Part shown: piece by piece, positions 36,216-44,510 of the stretch
Layout: each line of letters begins with the position of its first letter
Position numbering within the stretch: position 1 is the stretch's first letter
Virus record (IMG/VR): IMGVR_UViG_3300034196_000067
Location: 1 to 44,795 of that record
DNA: 44,795 nt
Reading direction: 5' to 3' (one strand)
DNA from: a virus
Program-made: the position numbers and the translations under genes
Notes under the pieces: model-generated
Database searches by the model: none
What the model saw: the letters and a program-made list of their open reading frames with translations, nothing else
Told to the model about the DNA's origin: nothing

Positions 36216-36560
36216 CTACTCTACGCTGGTAATGGCTCTCCCGTACCCTCTTCCTGCTGCTGCCACGCGATCCGCGTCGGCCGCGGCCTTGGCGCCCGAC
36301 GGCTTGCGCATATTCGCCTGTAGTTTCGCGAGCATGGACGACTCTGGCGACAGCTTCTTGACTGGAGGGGACGGACGCGAGGCGCGCGATGCAGAGAGAA
36401 GGGAAGAAGACTTCCGGGGAGGGATGACGATCCCCTTGGCCGCGCGGAGGTTCTGGTGCTCCGTTACGAGCTGCTTCGCGATGGGACTTTTGAGGAGAGC
36501 GCCCGTGAAGGCGATCTTCTGGAGTTCATCGAAGAAGCCGCTGAGGGTCTGGGAGTTCAT
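36216..36560 (-). CDS. Basic Ala-rich protein of the FDEL-KI family (114 aa)
   Basis: N-terminal LSGFFDELQKIAFTG. Start overlaps the stop of 36557..37966 (ATGA). Confidence 0.5.
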   Translation of the reverse strand: MNSQTLSGFFDELQKIAFTGALLKSPIAKQLVTEHQNLRAAKGIVIPPRKSSSLLSASRASRPSPPVKKLSPESSMLAKLQANMRKPSGAKAAADADRVAAAGRGYGRAITSVE

Positions 36561-37966
36561 GAATTCTTCGCCATCCTCGCGATCACCTGTTTCGTGTCGG
36601 CTGGCATGGAATTGAAAATGGTGACGGGGTCGATGGAGAAGGCTTCCGCGAAGTCCGGCTGGAAGTTCCTCTCGATCTCTTCCCGAGGAATGGTATGGAG
36701 CTGCCGATAGGTGACGGAAGTGCCGTCTGGAAGCTCAAAGCACGGAGTGTCGCTTGACGCCGCCGTCTTCTCCGACTCTTCGTTCTTGCCGAAAGTGGCG
36801 AAGTAGGGGTCGCACACAACACCACCCCACTCGTAATTGAGCCCACAGAGCTCATCCGCCTCGCGCAGAAGCTGGGCGAACGTCTCTGGCTCCATCATGG
36901 CTCTCTTCTCTTGGAGGTCGTCCCAGACGGCCTTGAAATCAGGAGCCATGGTTCGACGATTGGCGAGATGGGCCTCGACATCAGGTGCGTACTCGGTAGA
37001 GCCGTACCGAGCCATCGTGTCTGGGACGGTGACGCCGAGAGCGTCTGCTCTCACGCTGGCCGTCTTGGCGAACTCGTGGCGATCTTGAGGAGGCAGAGTA
37101 GGCCAGTTCTCTTCGAAGAACTGAATCGCCCTCTGCACGTCGGAGTAGCTGTCGAGGGCGTATTGGCCGTTCAGAGCGGTATACGAGGCCTTCTTGACCT
37201 TCACCACTGGTCGAGCATACTCGGTGGCGACGTCGACCTGGTTGGCGACCTTTTTGAAGGGTTTCACTTTTTCAGGAGGAATGGCTCGGCTGTCGTCCGT
37301 GAGGATGACGCCTCCGTCTGGAGGCTTGGCTCCAGCGGTCTTCATCTGGTTGGCCGTTGGGATGACGCGGCCAGAGTCCGCTCCTCCTCGGACCGAGATC
37401 AGGTTTGTTCGCTGCGCCCAGTCTGCTTCGTCGCCGACGAACGGCTGGTTGCGGGAGTCCCTTGTCCTGGACAAGGCGCCTGCACCTTTCGAGGAGGCAG
37501 CGGAGACCTTCGAGTGCTGCATGATGTCAGAGAGTCGGTTCAGGACCCTCCCACCCTTGGACTGTTCGCGACGAACGTAGCCTTTGGAAGCGGTCTGGGG
37601 CTCAGGGGCGAACGCCTGCTTCAGCTTCTCTGGGACAGGAAGCCCGAACTCTTCGTTGAAGGCAGCGAGGTTCTGCGCGGCGACCTTCACAGCAGAAGCG
37701 GGGAGCTGATCCATGGTCTCCAGAAAGTACAGTGTCGAGAGGACGGTGTTTCCTGCATCGACACAGGCGAACTTCCGAAGGTGTTGATCGTCGCTGTGAA
37801 GAACGAGTGCGAAGGCTTCGTCTCTCAGGACATCTCGCTCTTCCGGAGAAAGAAGATGCGCCTCGGAGACCGCTTCAGGGAGGTTCTCGGGATCCGGACA
37901 AGCGGTCTTGAGAATCTCTCCTGTTCTGTCGTCGTAGAAGTCGAGAACCAGGCCTGCGATCTTCAT
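36557..37966 (-). CDS. Hypothetical protein (469 aa), first gene of this minus-strand unit
   Basis: Long ORF diverging from the replication operon. No recognisable motifs. Confidence 0.5.
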   Translation of the reverse strand: MKIAGLVLDFYDDRTGEILKTACPDPENLPEAVSEAHLLSPEERDVLRDEAFALVLHSDDQHLRKFACVDAGNTVLSTLYFLETMDQLPASAVKVAAQNLAAFNEEFGLPVPEKLKQAFAPEPQTASKGYVRREQSKGGRVLNRLSDIMQHSKVSAASSKGAGALSRTRDSRNQPFVGDEADWAQRTNLISVRGGADSGRVIPTANQMKTAGAKPPDGGVILTDDSRAIPPEKVKPFKKVANQVDVATEYARPVVKVKKASYTALNGQYALDSYSDVQRAIQFFEENWPTLPPQDRHEFAKTASVRADALGVTVPDTMARYGSTEYAPDVEAHLANRRTMAPDFKAVWDDLQEKRAMMEPETFAQLLREADELCGLNYEWGGVVCDPYFATFGKNEESEKTAASSDTPCFELPDGTSVTYRQLHTIPREEIERNFQPDFAEAFSIDPVTIFNSMPADTKQVIARMAKNS

Positions 37967-38118
37967 CTCTTCTGCTCCCTAATGGTGAGAGACCCTTCGC
38001 CTTTTTGCGAGTGTAGGGCAGGAGCGCAACGAGTGGCAACGATGAAGACAGCAAGGAGGTTTCAAACCTCGACATAAGAAGAATGAGCTGAAGTCTTAGC
38101 TCTGAAGGAGAGTGTCTC
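37967..38118. promoter_or_regulatory. Divergent intergenic region (candidate promoters for the structural/internal-protein unit and the replication operon)
   Basis: 152-bp non-coding gap between divergent gene starts. GAAGGAGAG SD for the plus gene at its 3' edge. Confidence 0.35.
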
Positions 38119-38778
38119 ATGTATTACCCGGGCAACTCGGCGAGCCAACCGCCGTGTTACGGGAATGGAAGGATGTACGACAACGAGTCCTCTCGTTGCC
38201 AGGCGTGTTCGTTTCAGCATCCGTGCAGGCAAGAGGTCATCAGGATGAGTTTCTCACCACCGTTTGCTCCACTAGCTCCTGCGCCAGTGGCGACACCACA
38301 GCCGTTCTACAATACAAGCCCAGTCGCCGCCCCTGTACCGGCGAACTTCGCTCCTACACCGTGGAGACCAACAGCGGCGCCGGCATGGGTACCACCTGCT
38401 GCCCCACTACCCATGCGGATCCCAGTTCAGACACAACAATCGGTAATGCAACTTCCGGTGCCCTACCCCCCGACGCAGCAGTACCACCCAACACAGCAGT
38501 ACCCGGGGACGCACCAGATGCCGAGCGGTCTTCCGTACTCCCCATTCGGCTTCTACGGGTATGCGCCAGATCCGATGTTTCAAGCTCTGGCAACCGTCCC
38601 TCCTATGTGGAGGCCGCAGAATCCCGGAGAGACGTTCGGAGTCCGGGTCCTGAAGAACACGGCGCTGGTCTTGATGGAAGCGCTCCTCCAGCAGTTCATG
38701 CTGGCAACACGACAAGCATTTCTGCCTCCGCCTCCAAGACCAGCGGATCCGATCATCGACGTCACCCCGCAAGGGTGA
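38119..38778 (+). CDS. Pro-rich protein with N-terminal Cys4 zinc-ribbon-like cluster (219 aa)
   Basis: CYGNGRMYDNESSRCQACSFQHPC followed by a Pro/Ala/Gln-rich low-complexity region. First gene of the plus-strand replication module. Confidence 0.45.
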   Translation: MYYPGNSASQPPCYGNGRMYDNESSRCQACSFQHPCRQEVIRMSFSPPFAPLAPAPVATPQPFYNTSPVAAPVPANFAPTPWRPTAAPAWVPPAAPLPMRIPVQTQQSVMQLPVPYPPTQQYHPTQQYPGTHQMPSGLPYSPFGFYGYAPDPMFQALATVPPMWRPQNPGETFGVRVLKNTALVLMEALLQQFMLATRQAFLPPPPRPADPIIDVTPQG

Positions 38779-38782
38779 CGTT

Positions 38783-40270
38783 GTGGTAGTCATCTGGCTT
38801 GGGCGAGAGGAAACCGTGACATACGAGTTCGTTCCGAAAGAGCCAGGTAAAGCCTACGTATCGAACAGGCTCTGGCTCCCCAAGGCAGGCATTCGAGAAG
38901 CTCAGGTCAGACATGCCCTGGAGTTTCTGGTAGATGGGGAGGGAGGACAGGATCTTCTGAGGTTGTGGACTGAGAGTCAGTTCCACATCGTATGCCCTCG
39001 GGAATTCCTTCCTCCCTCGCAGTACCCTCACTACAAGTTCCCATTCATCGATCTCCGACCGACGTTTCGAAACGTCGAGTTCGAAGACTGTGTTGTTCCG
39101 AGAGACGAGGATCAAGAGAAAGCGTGGGCGGCCCTGGCTGCTCACGACAATGGCATCCTAAACTTAGGGTGTGGTAAGGGTAAGACGAAGCTCGCTCTCA
39201 AGAAGATCGCCCAGAAGAAAGTCCCGACGCTCATCATCGTTCCGGATGGTGGCATCTTGTCTCAGTGGATGGAGGCGATCGAAGGTAGTGCTTCTACTCC
39301 TGTAGGCCTTCGGTTCAAGAAGAAACTCGGTCTCCTTCAAGGAAAGAGCTTCGAGTGGGAGGGGTGTGACGTCGTCGTCGCCCTCATCACCACCCTGGCG
39401 CTCAAGATTCGAGACGGGAAGATTCCTGAAGAGTTCTTCAGGTACTTCGGACTCGTCATCTACGACGAAGTCCATCGACTAGGGGCGCCTGTCTTCTCCC
39501 TCTGCGCGGAGCCCTTCTACGGAGACCGTATCGGGCTCACAGCTTCTGTCGAGAGAGAAGACGGCCTCGATCCCATCTATCGTTACCACTTGGGCGAGCC
39601 CTTCTACTCCGACTTGAGGCAGGACCTTGTACCTCGAATCTACTTCTGGAGAACACCGGCCGCCGTCGATTTTGAGAAGTGCCGGAAGAACGACGTCGTC
39701 AACATCTCGCTTCTCCGAACCATCATCGGGCGAGACTTCGTAGGGAACTGTTACAGGTACTACGCTATCCAAGAAGCGTTGAAGGGTGGTCGAAAGATCC
39801 TCTGCCTCTCCCACTCCTTGGACCAGCTCAAGCTCTTCCACGCCATCTTCCCGAACTCCGGTCTCATCGTCGGAGCAACTCCGAAGGAAGAGCGTCTCCA
39901 CATCCTCCGTTCCAACCAGATCGTATTTGCCATCGCCAAGCTAGGGAGCGAAGGGGCGGATGATTCTAGGCTTGATACACTTTTCTGGCTCACCCCTTTC
40001 CGCTCTCGCATCGCTCTTCAGCAGTCGATGGGTCGCATTCTTCGCACCTTCGCCGGCAAGATGACTCCCGTGATGGTAGTCTTTGAGGACCACAACACAC
40101 CACCGCTTCGCAGTCTGTGCCACAAGCTGAGGGCCAATCTCCGTCTTTGGGAATTCGAGATGGAGACGAACCCACCTCAGAAGTTCCCAACCCAACTCCC
40201 TCCAGAGATCAGGAATGTCTACGATGCAGCCTTCGCAGAACTCCCCGAACGACCAGGACTTGCAGCTTGA
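38783..40270 (+). CDS. Superfamily-2 DEVH-box helicase
   Basis: Walker A LGCGKGKT, motif II IYDEVHRL, motif III LTAS, motif VI QSMGRILR. Extra N-terminal ~130-aa domain. Confidence 0.7.
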   Translation: MVVIWLGREETVTYEFVPKEPGKAYVSNRLWLPKAGIREAQVRHALEFLVDGEGGQDLLRLWTESQFHIVCPREFLPPSQYPHYKFPFIDLRPTFRNVEFEDCVVPRDEDQEKAWAALAAHDNGILNLGCGKGKTKLALKKIAQKKVPTLIIVPDGGILSQWMEAIEGSASTPVGLRFKKKLGLLQGKSFEWEGCDVVVALITTLALKIRDGKIPEEFFRYFGLVIYDEVHRLGAPVFSLCAEPFYGDRIGLTASVEREDGLDPIYRYHLGEPFYSDLRQDLVPRIYFWRTPAAVDFEKCRKNDVVNISLLRTIIGRDFVGNCYRYYAIQEALKGGRKILCLSHSLDQLKLFHAIFPNSGLIVGATPKEERLHILRSNQIVFAIAKLGSEGADDSRLDTLFWLTPFRSRIALQQSMGRILRTFAGKMTPVMVVFEDHNTPPLRSLCHKLRANLRLWEFEMETNPPQKFPTQLPPEIRNVYDAAFAELPERPGLAA

Positions 40271-40745
40271 GAAGTTGACCCTAGAGCTCCATGAGAAGTT
40301 GAAGAAGGAGGGGGTAGATCCTGACGCTCTTGCTGTGCTCAGAGTCATGGATCAAGAAATGCTCATCGGGGAAGTGGGGGATCACGAACACTTCCTAGAC
40401 GCCAACGGGGGCCACGGACCATTCATGGGTACGAGGCAAGAGATCCACGTCTGTCTCAAGAACCCGAAGCTCATCATTCGGCGCGTTCTGTCGCAGCAAT
40501 CGACGGGAGCCCTGGCAATCCAAACCGTCTTCTCTGACTACGATCTGCTCGATGAAGGGTACATCGAGGTCGTTCCCAAGACCTTCTTCTTCCTGGATTG
40601 GTTGAACTACCAGAGTCAGATCAACTACTGCGGCGCCTACTTCAACTTCTTGGAGGGCAGGCGCTTGGCCAGAGCACAAGCTGCGGGCATCCAGATCGCT
40701 GGGCCGGAGGCTCTGCGGGAGCTGCCAAAAGTCGGGAGAGGCTGA
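40215..40745 (+). CDS. Hypothetical protein (~176 aa, start uncertain)
   Basis: ORF overlapping the helicase 3' end in another frame. Stop overlaps the UDG start (TGATG). Confidence 0.35.
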   Translation: MSTMQPSQNSPNDQDLQLEKLTLELHEKLKKEGVDPDALAVLRVMDQEMLIGEVGDHEHFLDANGGHGPFMGTRQEIHVCLKNPKLIIRRVLSQQSTGALAIQTVFSDYDLLDEGYIEVVPKTFFFLDWLNYQSQINYCGAYFNFLEGRRLARAQAAGIQIAGPEALRELPKVGRG

Positions 40746-41575
40746 TGGCAGAGAAGAAGCCGAAGAAGGAGCAGCCCGTAGAAGCCAAGCTCCACTCGTT
40801 CACAGGAACGAAGATGGAGCAGTTGAAGCAGCTCTGGGAGCAGCACTGGTACGGATGTCAGCGCTGTATCCTGCACACCTTTCGTCGAGGAGATGACGGC
40901 TCTCCTTTCCCAGACATCGTCTTTGGGGATGGGAATCCTGAAGCCAAGATTCTGATTATCGGCGAGGCTCCTGGGGCCGAAGAGGACATCAGCGGGGTGC
41001 CTTTCGTTGGACCCGCCGGGAGGCTGCTGAACCAGATCCTCGCATCAGTGTCAGACGACCCTGGTATCCAAGAACTCTACCGATGGTACAGCAGCATCCG
41101 CCATACCAAGGAGAATATCGACCACTTCCACGAGAAGGTTTTGGAGTGGCGCCGCCACGAGTTCTTCATCACCAATGCGGTGGCTTGTCGACCCCCAGAC
41201 AACCGGACCCCTACCCATCCAGAAGTAAAAGCCTGCTGGGAGAGGCTTCTCAACATCATCGACATCATCGACCCCTGGTTCATCATCGCCAGCGGGAAGT
41301 CTGCCGTCGAAGTCTTAGTCCATCGGCAGATCGAGATCACGAGGAAGCACGGCGAGATCTTCGATGTCGAAATCCCTGGCCATGTGATGCCGTATCGCAA
41401 GCCTGTGATGGCTACGCTTCACCCTTCTTACCTACTGCGCCAGGCAGACTGGAAGAACAAGAAGGGCAGTTTCATGCAGACAGTTCACGATTATCTCCAG
41501 GCGATGCGCTACGTCGATGGGATGAAGTTCCAGCATCTCGGCACGCCGATCCCCAAACGGTTGGACTACCCCTAG
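40745..41575 (+). CDS. Uracil-DNA glycosylase, family 4 (Fe-S type; 'SPO1 DNA polymerase-related protein' class)
   Basis: GEAPGAEEDISGVPFVGPAGRLL and HPSYLLR hallmark motifs plus C-x2-C and additional Cys for a 4Fe-4S cluster. ATG 40745 with GGGAGAGG SD. The track ORF starts upstream at 40598. Confidence 0.75.
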   Translation: MAEKKPKKEQPVEAKLHSFTGTKMEQLKQLWEQHWYGCQRCILHTFRRGDDGSPFPDIVFGDGNPEAKILIIGEAPGAEEDISGVPFVGPAGRLLNQILASVSDDPGIQELYRWYSSIRHTKENIDHFHEKVLEWRRHEFFITNAVACRPPDNRTPTHPEVKACWERLLNIIDIIDPWFIIASGKSAVEVLVHRQIEITRKHGEIFDVEIPGHVMPYRKPVMATLHPSYLLRQADWKNKKGSFMQTVHDYLQAMRYVDGMKFQHLGTPIPKRLDYP

Positions 41576-41588
41576 AAAGGAAACACCC

Positions 41589-42245
41589 ATGAACGAGCAG
41601 ACGACGGCCGAAGTCTCCCGGCCGCAGCACCAGATCCTTGTCGACGAGTTCCTCGATCTCGACAAGCAGTGCCAGGAGATCATCGAGAAGTTCAACACTG
41701 GCAAGATCCTCTACGACGCGATGCCGACGGACGGAGGCAGCGGGTCTCTCAAGGAGTTCATGGACAAGCTGGTGGCCAAGTTCAACGCCGCCAGAGCCTT
41801 CCTCAACCTCCTCATCGAGAAGAGGAACGCCAAACTTCAAGAGGTGAGTGCTGCGATGCGCTCTCTCGTCATGGCCGGGGAGAATGTGCAGCGTGGTCCG
41901 GACGGGAAGGCGTCGGTGCAGCGATACGGCCCCTTCGAAGTCTCGTCCAAGACCTTCCGCGGTTTCACTCCGGAAACCCTCTTCGGCGAGCTCCAGAAGC
42001 TCGGGCTATACGAGCGCGTCCTCGATCTCAAGCAGATCAACAAGAACTCTGGGGCAGAAGAGGCCGCGATCCAGCAGGAGTGGAAGATCGCTTACGAGAC
42101 GGTGAAGAACTGGCTCCGTGAACAGAATCTGGAAGAGGTCCTCCAGAACGCCTACGAAGAGAAGGAAGGGACCCCGGCCGTAACTGGTCCGAAGCCTCTG
42201 GCGATGCTGGGGGAAGTCGATACCAACAAGAAGGGCAAGAAGTGA
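41589..42245 (+). CDS. Hypothetical protein (218 aa)
   Basis: Plus-strand ORF with a short gap after the UDG gene. Helical, no recognised motif. Confidence 0.45.
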   Translation: MNEQTTAEVSRPQHQILVDEFLDLDKQCQEIIEKFNTGKILYDAMPTDGGSGSLKEFMDKLVAKFNAARAFLNLLIEKRNAKLQEVSAAMRSLVMAGENVQRGPDGKASVQRYGPFEVSSKTFRGFTPETLFGELQKLGLYERVLDLKQINKNSGAEEAAIQQEWKIAYETVKNWLREQNLEEVLQNAYEEKEGTPAVTGPKPLAMLGEVDTNKKGKK

Positions 42246-42249
42246 AGCC

Positions 42250-42633
42250 ATGGGTTCGGAGCTTCAAAACCGTCTCCCCAAGTACTTCATCACCCGGGAA
42301 TACGTGAACAAGGGGAAGACCACAACCGATCGGTATGAAGGAGAAGTTCCCATGGAAGTACAGAACTACGCGACGCAAGTTCTCGGAGACGGACAGGCCA
42401 GAATCTCAGTCACAGCCGACTTCGGGATGAAGGATTACGGAAATGGAGCCAACGGTTCTGTCACCATTTCCCTCTCCTGCAACCAGGACGACACCACCAT
42501 CAACAACGTCGTGAACACCCTCTCGATCTGGACTCGTGCCTACGCCAAGCAACACTTCGAGGCGATGGACAAAGAGTTCCAGCAGATGTTCTTCACCAAG
42601 AAGCAAGAAGGACCTCCGTCCTTCAAGCCATGA
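42250..42633 (+). CDS. Hypothetical protein (127 aa)
   Basis: Tightly spaced after 41589..42245. Confidence 0.45.
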   Translation: MGSELQNRLPKYFITREYVNKGKTTTDRYEGEVPMEVQNYATQVLGDGQARISVTADFGMKDYGNGANGSVTISLSCNQDDTTINNVVNTLSIWTRAYAKQHFEAMDKEFQQMFFTKKQEGPPSFKP

Positions 42634-42646
42634 GCAAGGTCAAGAA

Positions 42647-42949
42647 ATGAAAACCGTCAACGGAAGGCCGAGGTTCGATTCCATCTTCCTCGGGCAGATC
42701 ACAGTCGAGCTTCTCTCCGTCCCGGACCTTCATCTCCAGGCCACCTTCGGCTATGCAGGTTCGAAGGACCAACGTCGTTACGGACAGTCCAGTCGCTCCG
42801 CTGGCTGGAGTCCGGAAACGCTCAAGCGGTTGAACGCTCTAGTTGAGTCCATCGAGCAAGACATCGCTTCCGACATCTTCGAAGGAGTCACAAGTCCTGG
42901 TGGAGAGACTGAGGGGGATCCCCCCATAGATAGTGTTCCAGGTCTTTGA
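42647..42949 (+). CDS. Hypothetical protein (~100 aa; track ORF 42536..42949 overlaps upstream gene)
   Basis: Internal ATG (MKTVNGRPRFDSIFLG...) just after the upstream stop. Confidence 0.3.
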   Translation: MKTVNGRPRFDSIFLGQITVELLSVPDLHLQATFGYAGSKDQRRYGQSSRSAGWSPETLKRLNALVESIEQDIASDIFEGVTSPGGETEGDPPIDSVPGL

Positions 42950-42954
42950 CCTTG

Positions 42955-43001
42955 ACCACGCCACGAAGGCTCCATCATCGTGAGAGCCTTCGTGGCGTGG
43001 T
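42955..43001 (+). promoter_or_regulatory. Perfect 18-bp inverted repeat (stem-loop) upstream of dnaB
   Basis: ACCACGCCACGAAGGCTC-(11 nt)-GAGCCTTCGTGGCGTGGT. No T-tract after it, so it is not a classical terminator. Confidence 0.5.
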
Positions 43002-43033
43002 GGGCAAGCTCGTCTCAGTCACCGTCATAAGCC

Positions 43034-43079
43034 GAGCGGCGGAGGGTAGTAAGACCACCTTCCGCCGCTCTCGTTTTAG
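43034..43079 (+). terminator. Terminator-like hairpin with T-tract just upstream of dnaB (possible attenuator)
   Basis: GAGCGGCGGA/TCCGCCGCTC 10-bp stem with a large 17-nt loop, followed by TCGTTTTAG. Confidence 0.35.
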
Positions 43080-43100
43080 CCTTCTACCTGGAGGGATCCC

Positions 43101-44495
43101 GTGTCGGCGCACATCGAATACGCGCTCATTTCAAGGGTCATCGAAGACCATGACTTCCAAACGCTGGAGAAGAACCAGATCACAGCGAGCTTCTTCACCG
43201 CTCCAGAAGTTCGAATGGTCTACGAATATCTTCGTTGGACATACCACCACCCTGAGACCGCTGGGCTCGTCCCCTCGATCGACATGGTTCGGCAGTACTA
43301 CCCGAGCTTCAACCCAGTGTACGCCCCAGACTCGGCAGCGATTCTCTGCCAAGCCCTGCGAGACACGAAGCTGAAGCTGGATCTTCTCTCCCTCGCGCAG
43401 ACGCTTCAGTTCGCGGCGGAGAAGGATCCAAAAGAGGCCTTCTCGAAAGCGCGGCAGGCGGTACAAGCAATGGCTTCGATGGAGCAAGTCGGAAACGACC
43501 TCTCCATGTCAGCGGCTTACCAGATCCTGATGGAGCGCTACTCTTCCGTCGCTACGGCTGGGGGAGTGATTGGGATCCCCTACCCATGGGATCTCTTGAA
43601 TCAAGAGACACAGGGACTTCAGAACGGCAACTACGTCATCGTCTACGGACGACCCAAGTCGATGAAGACGTGGACAGCTATCTACATGGCCGTTCACGCT
43701 TACATGAAGTCTCGACGGCGAGTGCTCTACTACACCAGAGAGATGCCGCAACTTCAGGTTGCACAACGTGTCGCGGCTGCGATGTGCGGGGTCAGCTACA
43801 AGGCCTTCATCAACGGTATGCTGGAGCCAAGCCTTCTACAGTACGCCCAGTTCATCCTCCAGAGCCTGCTCAACGATGAAGTCTCGGCGGGAAAGCATGG
43901 GCACCAACCGTGCTTCGTCATCACAGCAGATCGCAGTCCGAATGGCGGCGGTGTCACTTGGTTGAACTCAAAGATCGCCGAGATCAAGCCTGACATCGTA
44001 TTCGTCGATGGCGTCTACCTGATGCGAGACGATCGTTCCAACCAGCGTAACGCCGACTGGAAGAACATCCTCCACATCTCCCAAGATATTCGCCAGATGG
44101 CCCTCACCATGAACATCCCGATCGTCGCTATCACACAGGCCAACAAGAAGTCGGAACAGATTCGAGGAGATGGCGACACGGACATGGCCTACACCGATGC
44201 GTTCAACCAGGACGCTGATGCCACGTTCAAGGTGAAGCACGTCATGAAGCGAGATGAGGCAACGGGGCTCAAGAAGTCCGAGATCCACATCTACGCCCCC
44301 AACCTCCGAGAAGGTCTCCTCGACGGAATCGTCATCAACGGGGTTCCTGCTACAGACTTCAGCTACATCCGCCCCATAGTTGAGGCAGATGAAGAGGAGG
44401 AGGAGCCGGCATACGGAGAGAAGAAGCCAGCGAAGCCTATGGGATCGACCTTCCGAAAGACGCAGATCGATCCGGTAACCAAAGTGGGAACATGA
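43101..44495 (+). CDS. dnaB: DnaB-family replicative helicase
   Basis: DnaB N-terminal-domain-like start. RecA-fold C-terminal domain with Walker A-like VIVYGRPKSMKTW, Walker B-like IVFVDGVYLM and the DnaB motif ITQANKKSEQIRGDGDTDMAYTDAFNQDADATF. GTG start with GGAGGG SD. Confidence 0.75.
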   Translation: MSAHIEYALISRVIEDHDFQTLEKNQITASFFTAPEVRMVYEYLRWTYHHPETAGLVPSIDMVRQYYPSFNPVYAPDSAAILCQALRDTKLKLDLLSLAQTLQFAAEKDPKEAFSKARQAVQAMASMEQVGNDLSMSAAYQILMERYSSVATAGGVIGIPYPWDLLNQETQGLQNGNYVIVYGRPKSMKTWTAIYMAVHAYMKSRRRVLYYTREMPQLQVAQRVAAAMCGVSYKAFINGMLEPSLLQYAQFILQSLLNDEVSAGKHGHQPCFVITADRSPNGGGVTWLNSKIAEIKPDIVFVDGVYLMRDDRSNQRNADWKNILHISQDIRQMALTMNIPIVAITQANKKSEQIRGDGDTDMAYTDAFNQDADATFKVKHVMKRDEATGLKKSEIHIYAPNLREGLLDGIVINGVPATDFSYIRPIVEADEEEEEPAYGEKKPAKPMGSTFRKTQIDPVTKVGT

Positions 44496-44510
44496 TCGAC
44501 CGAGATCTGG

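Noticed and set aside
36911-38077. 388-aa plus-strand ORF antisense to 36557..37966
   Set aside because: Shadow ORF (Arg/Leu/Gly/Val-rich). It would also run through the divergent promoter region.
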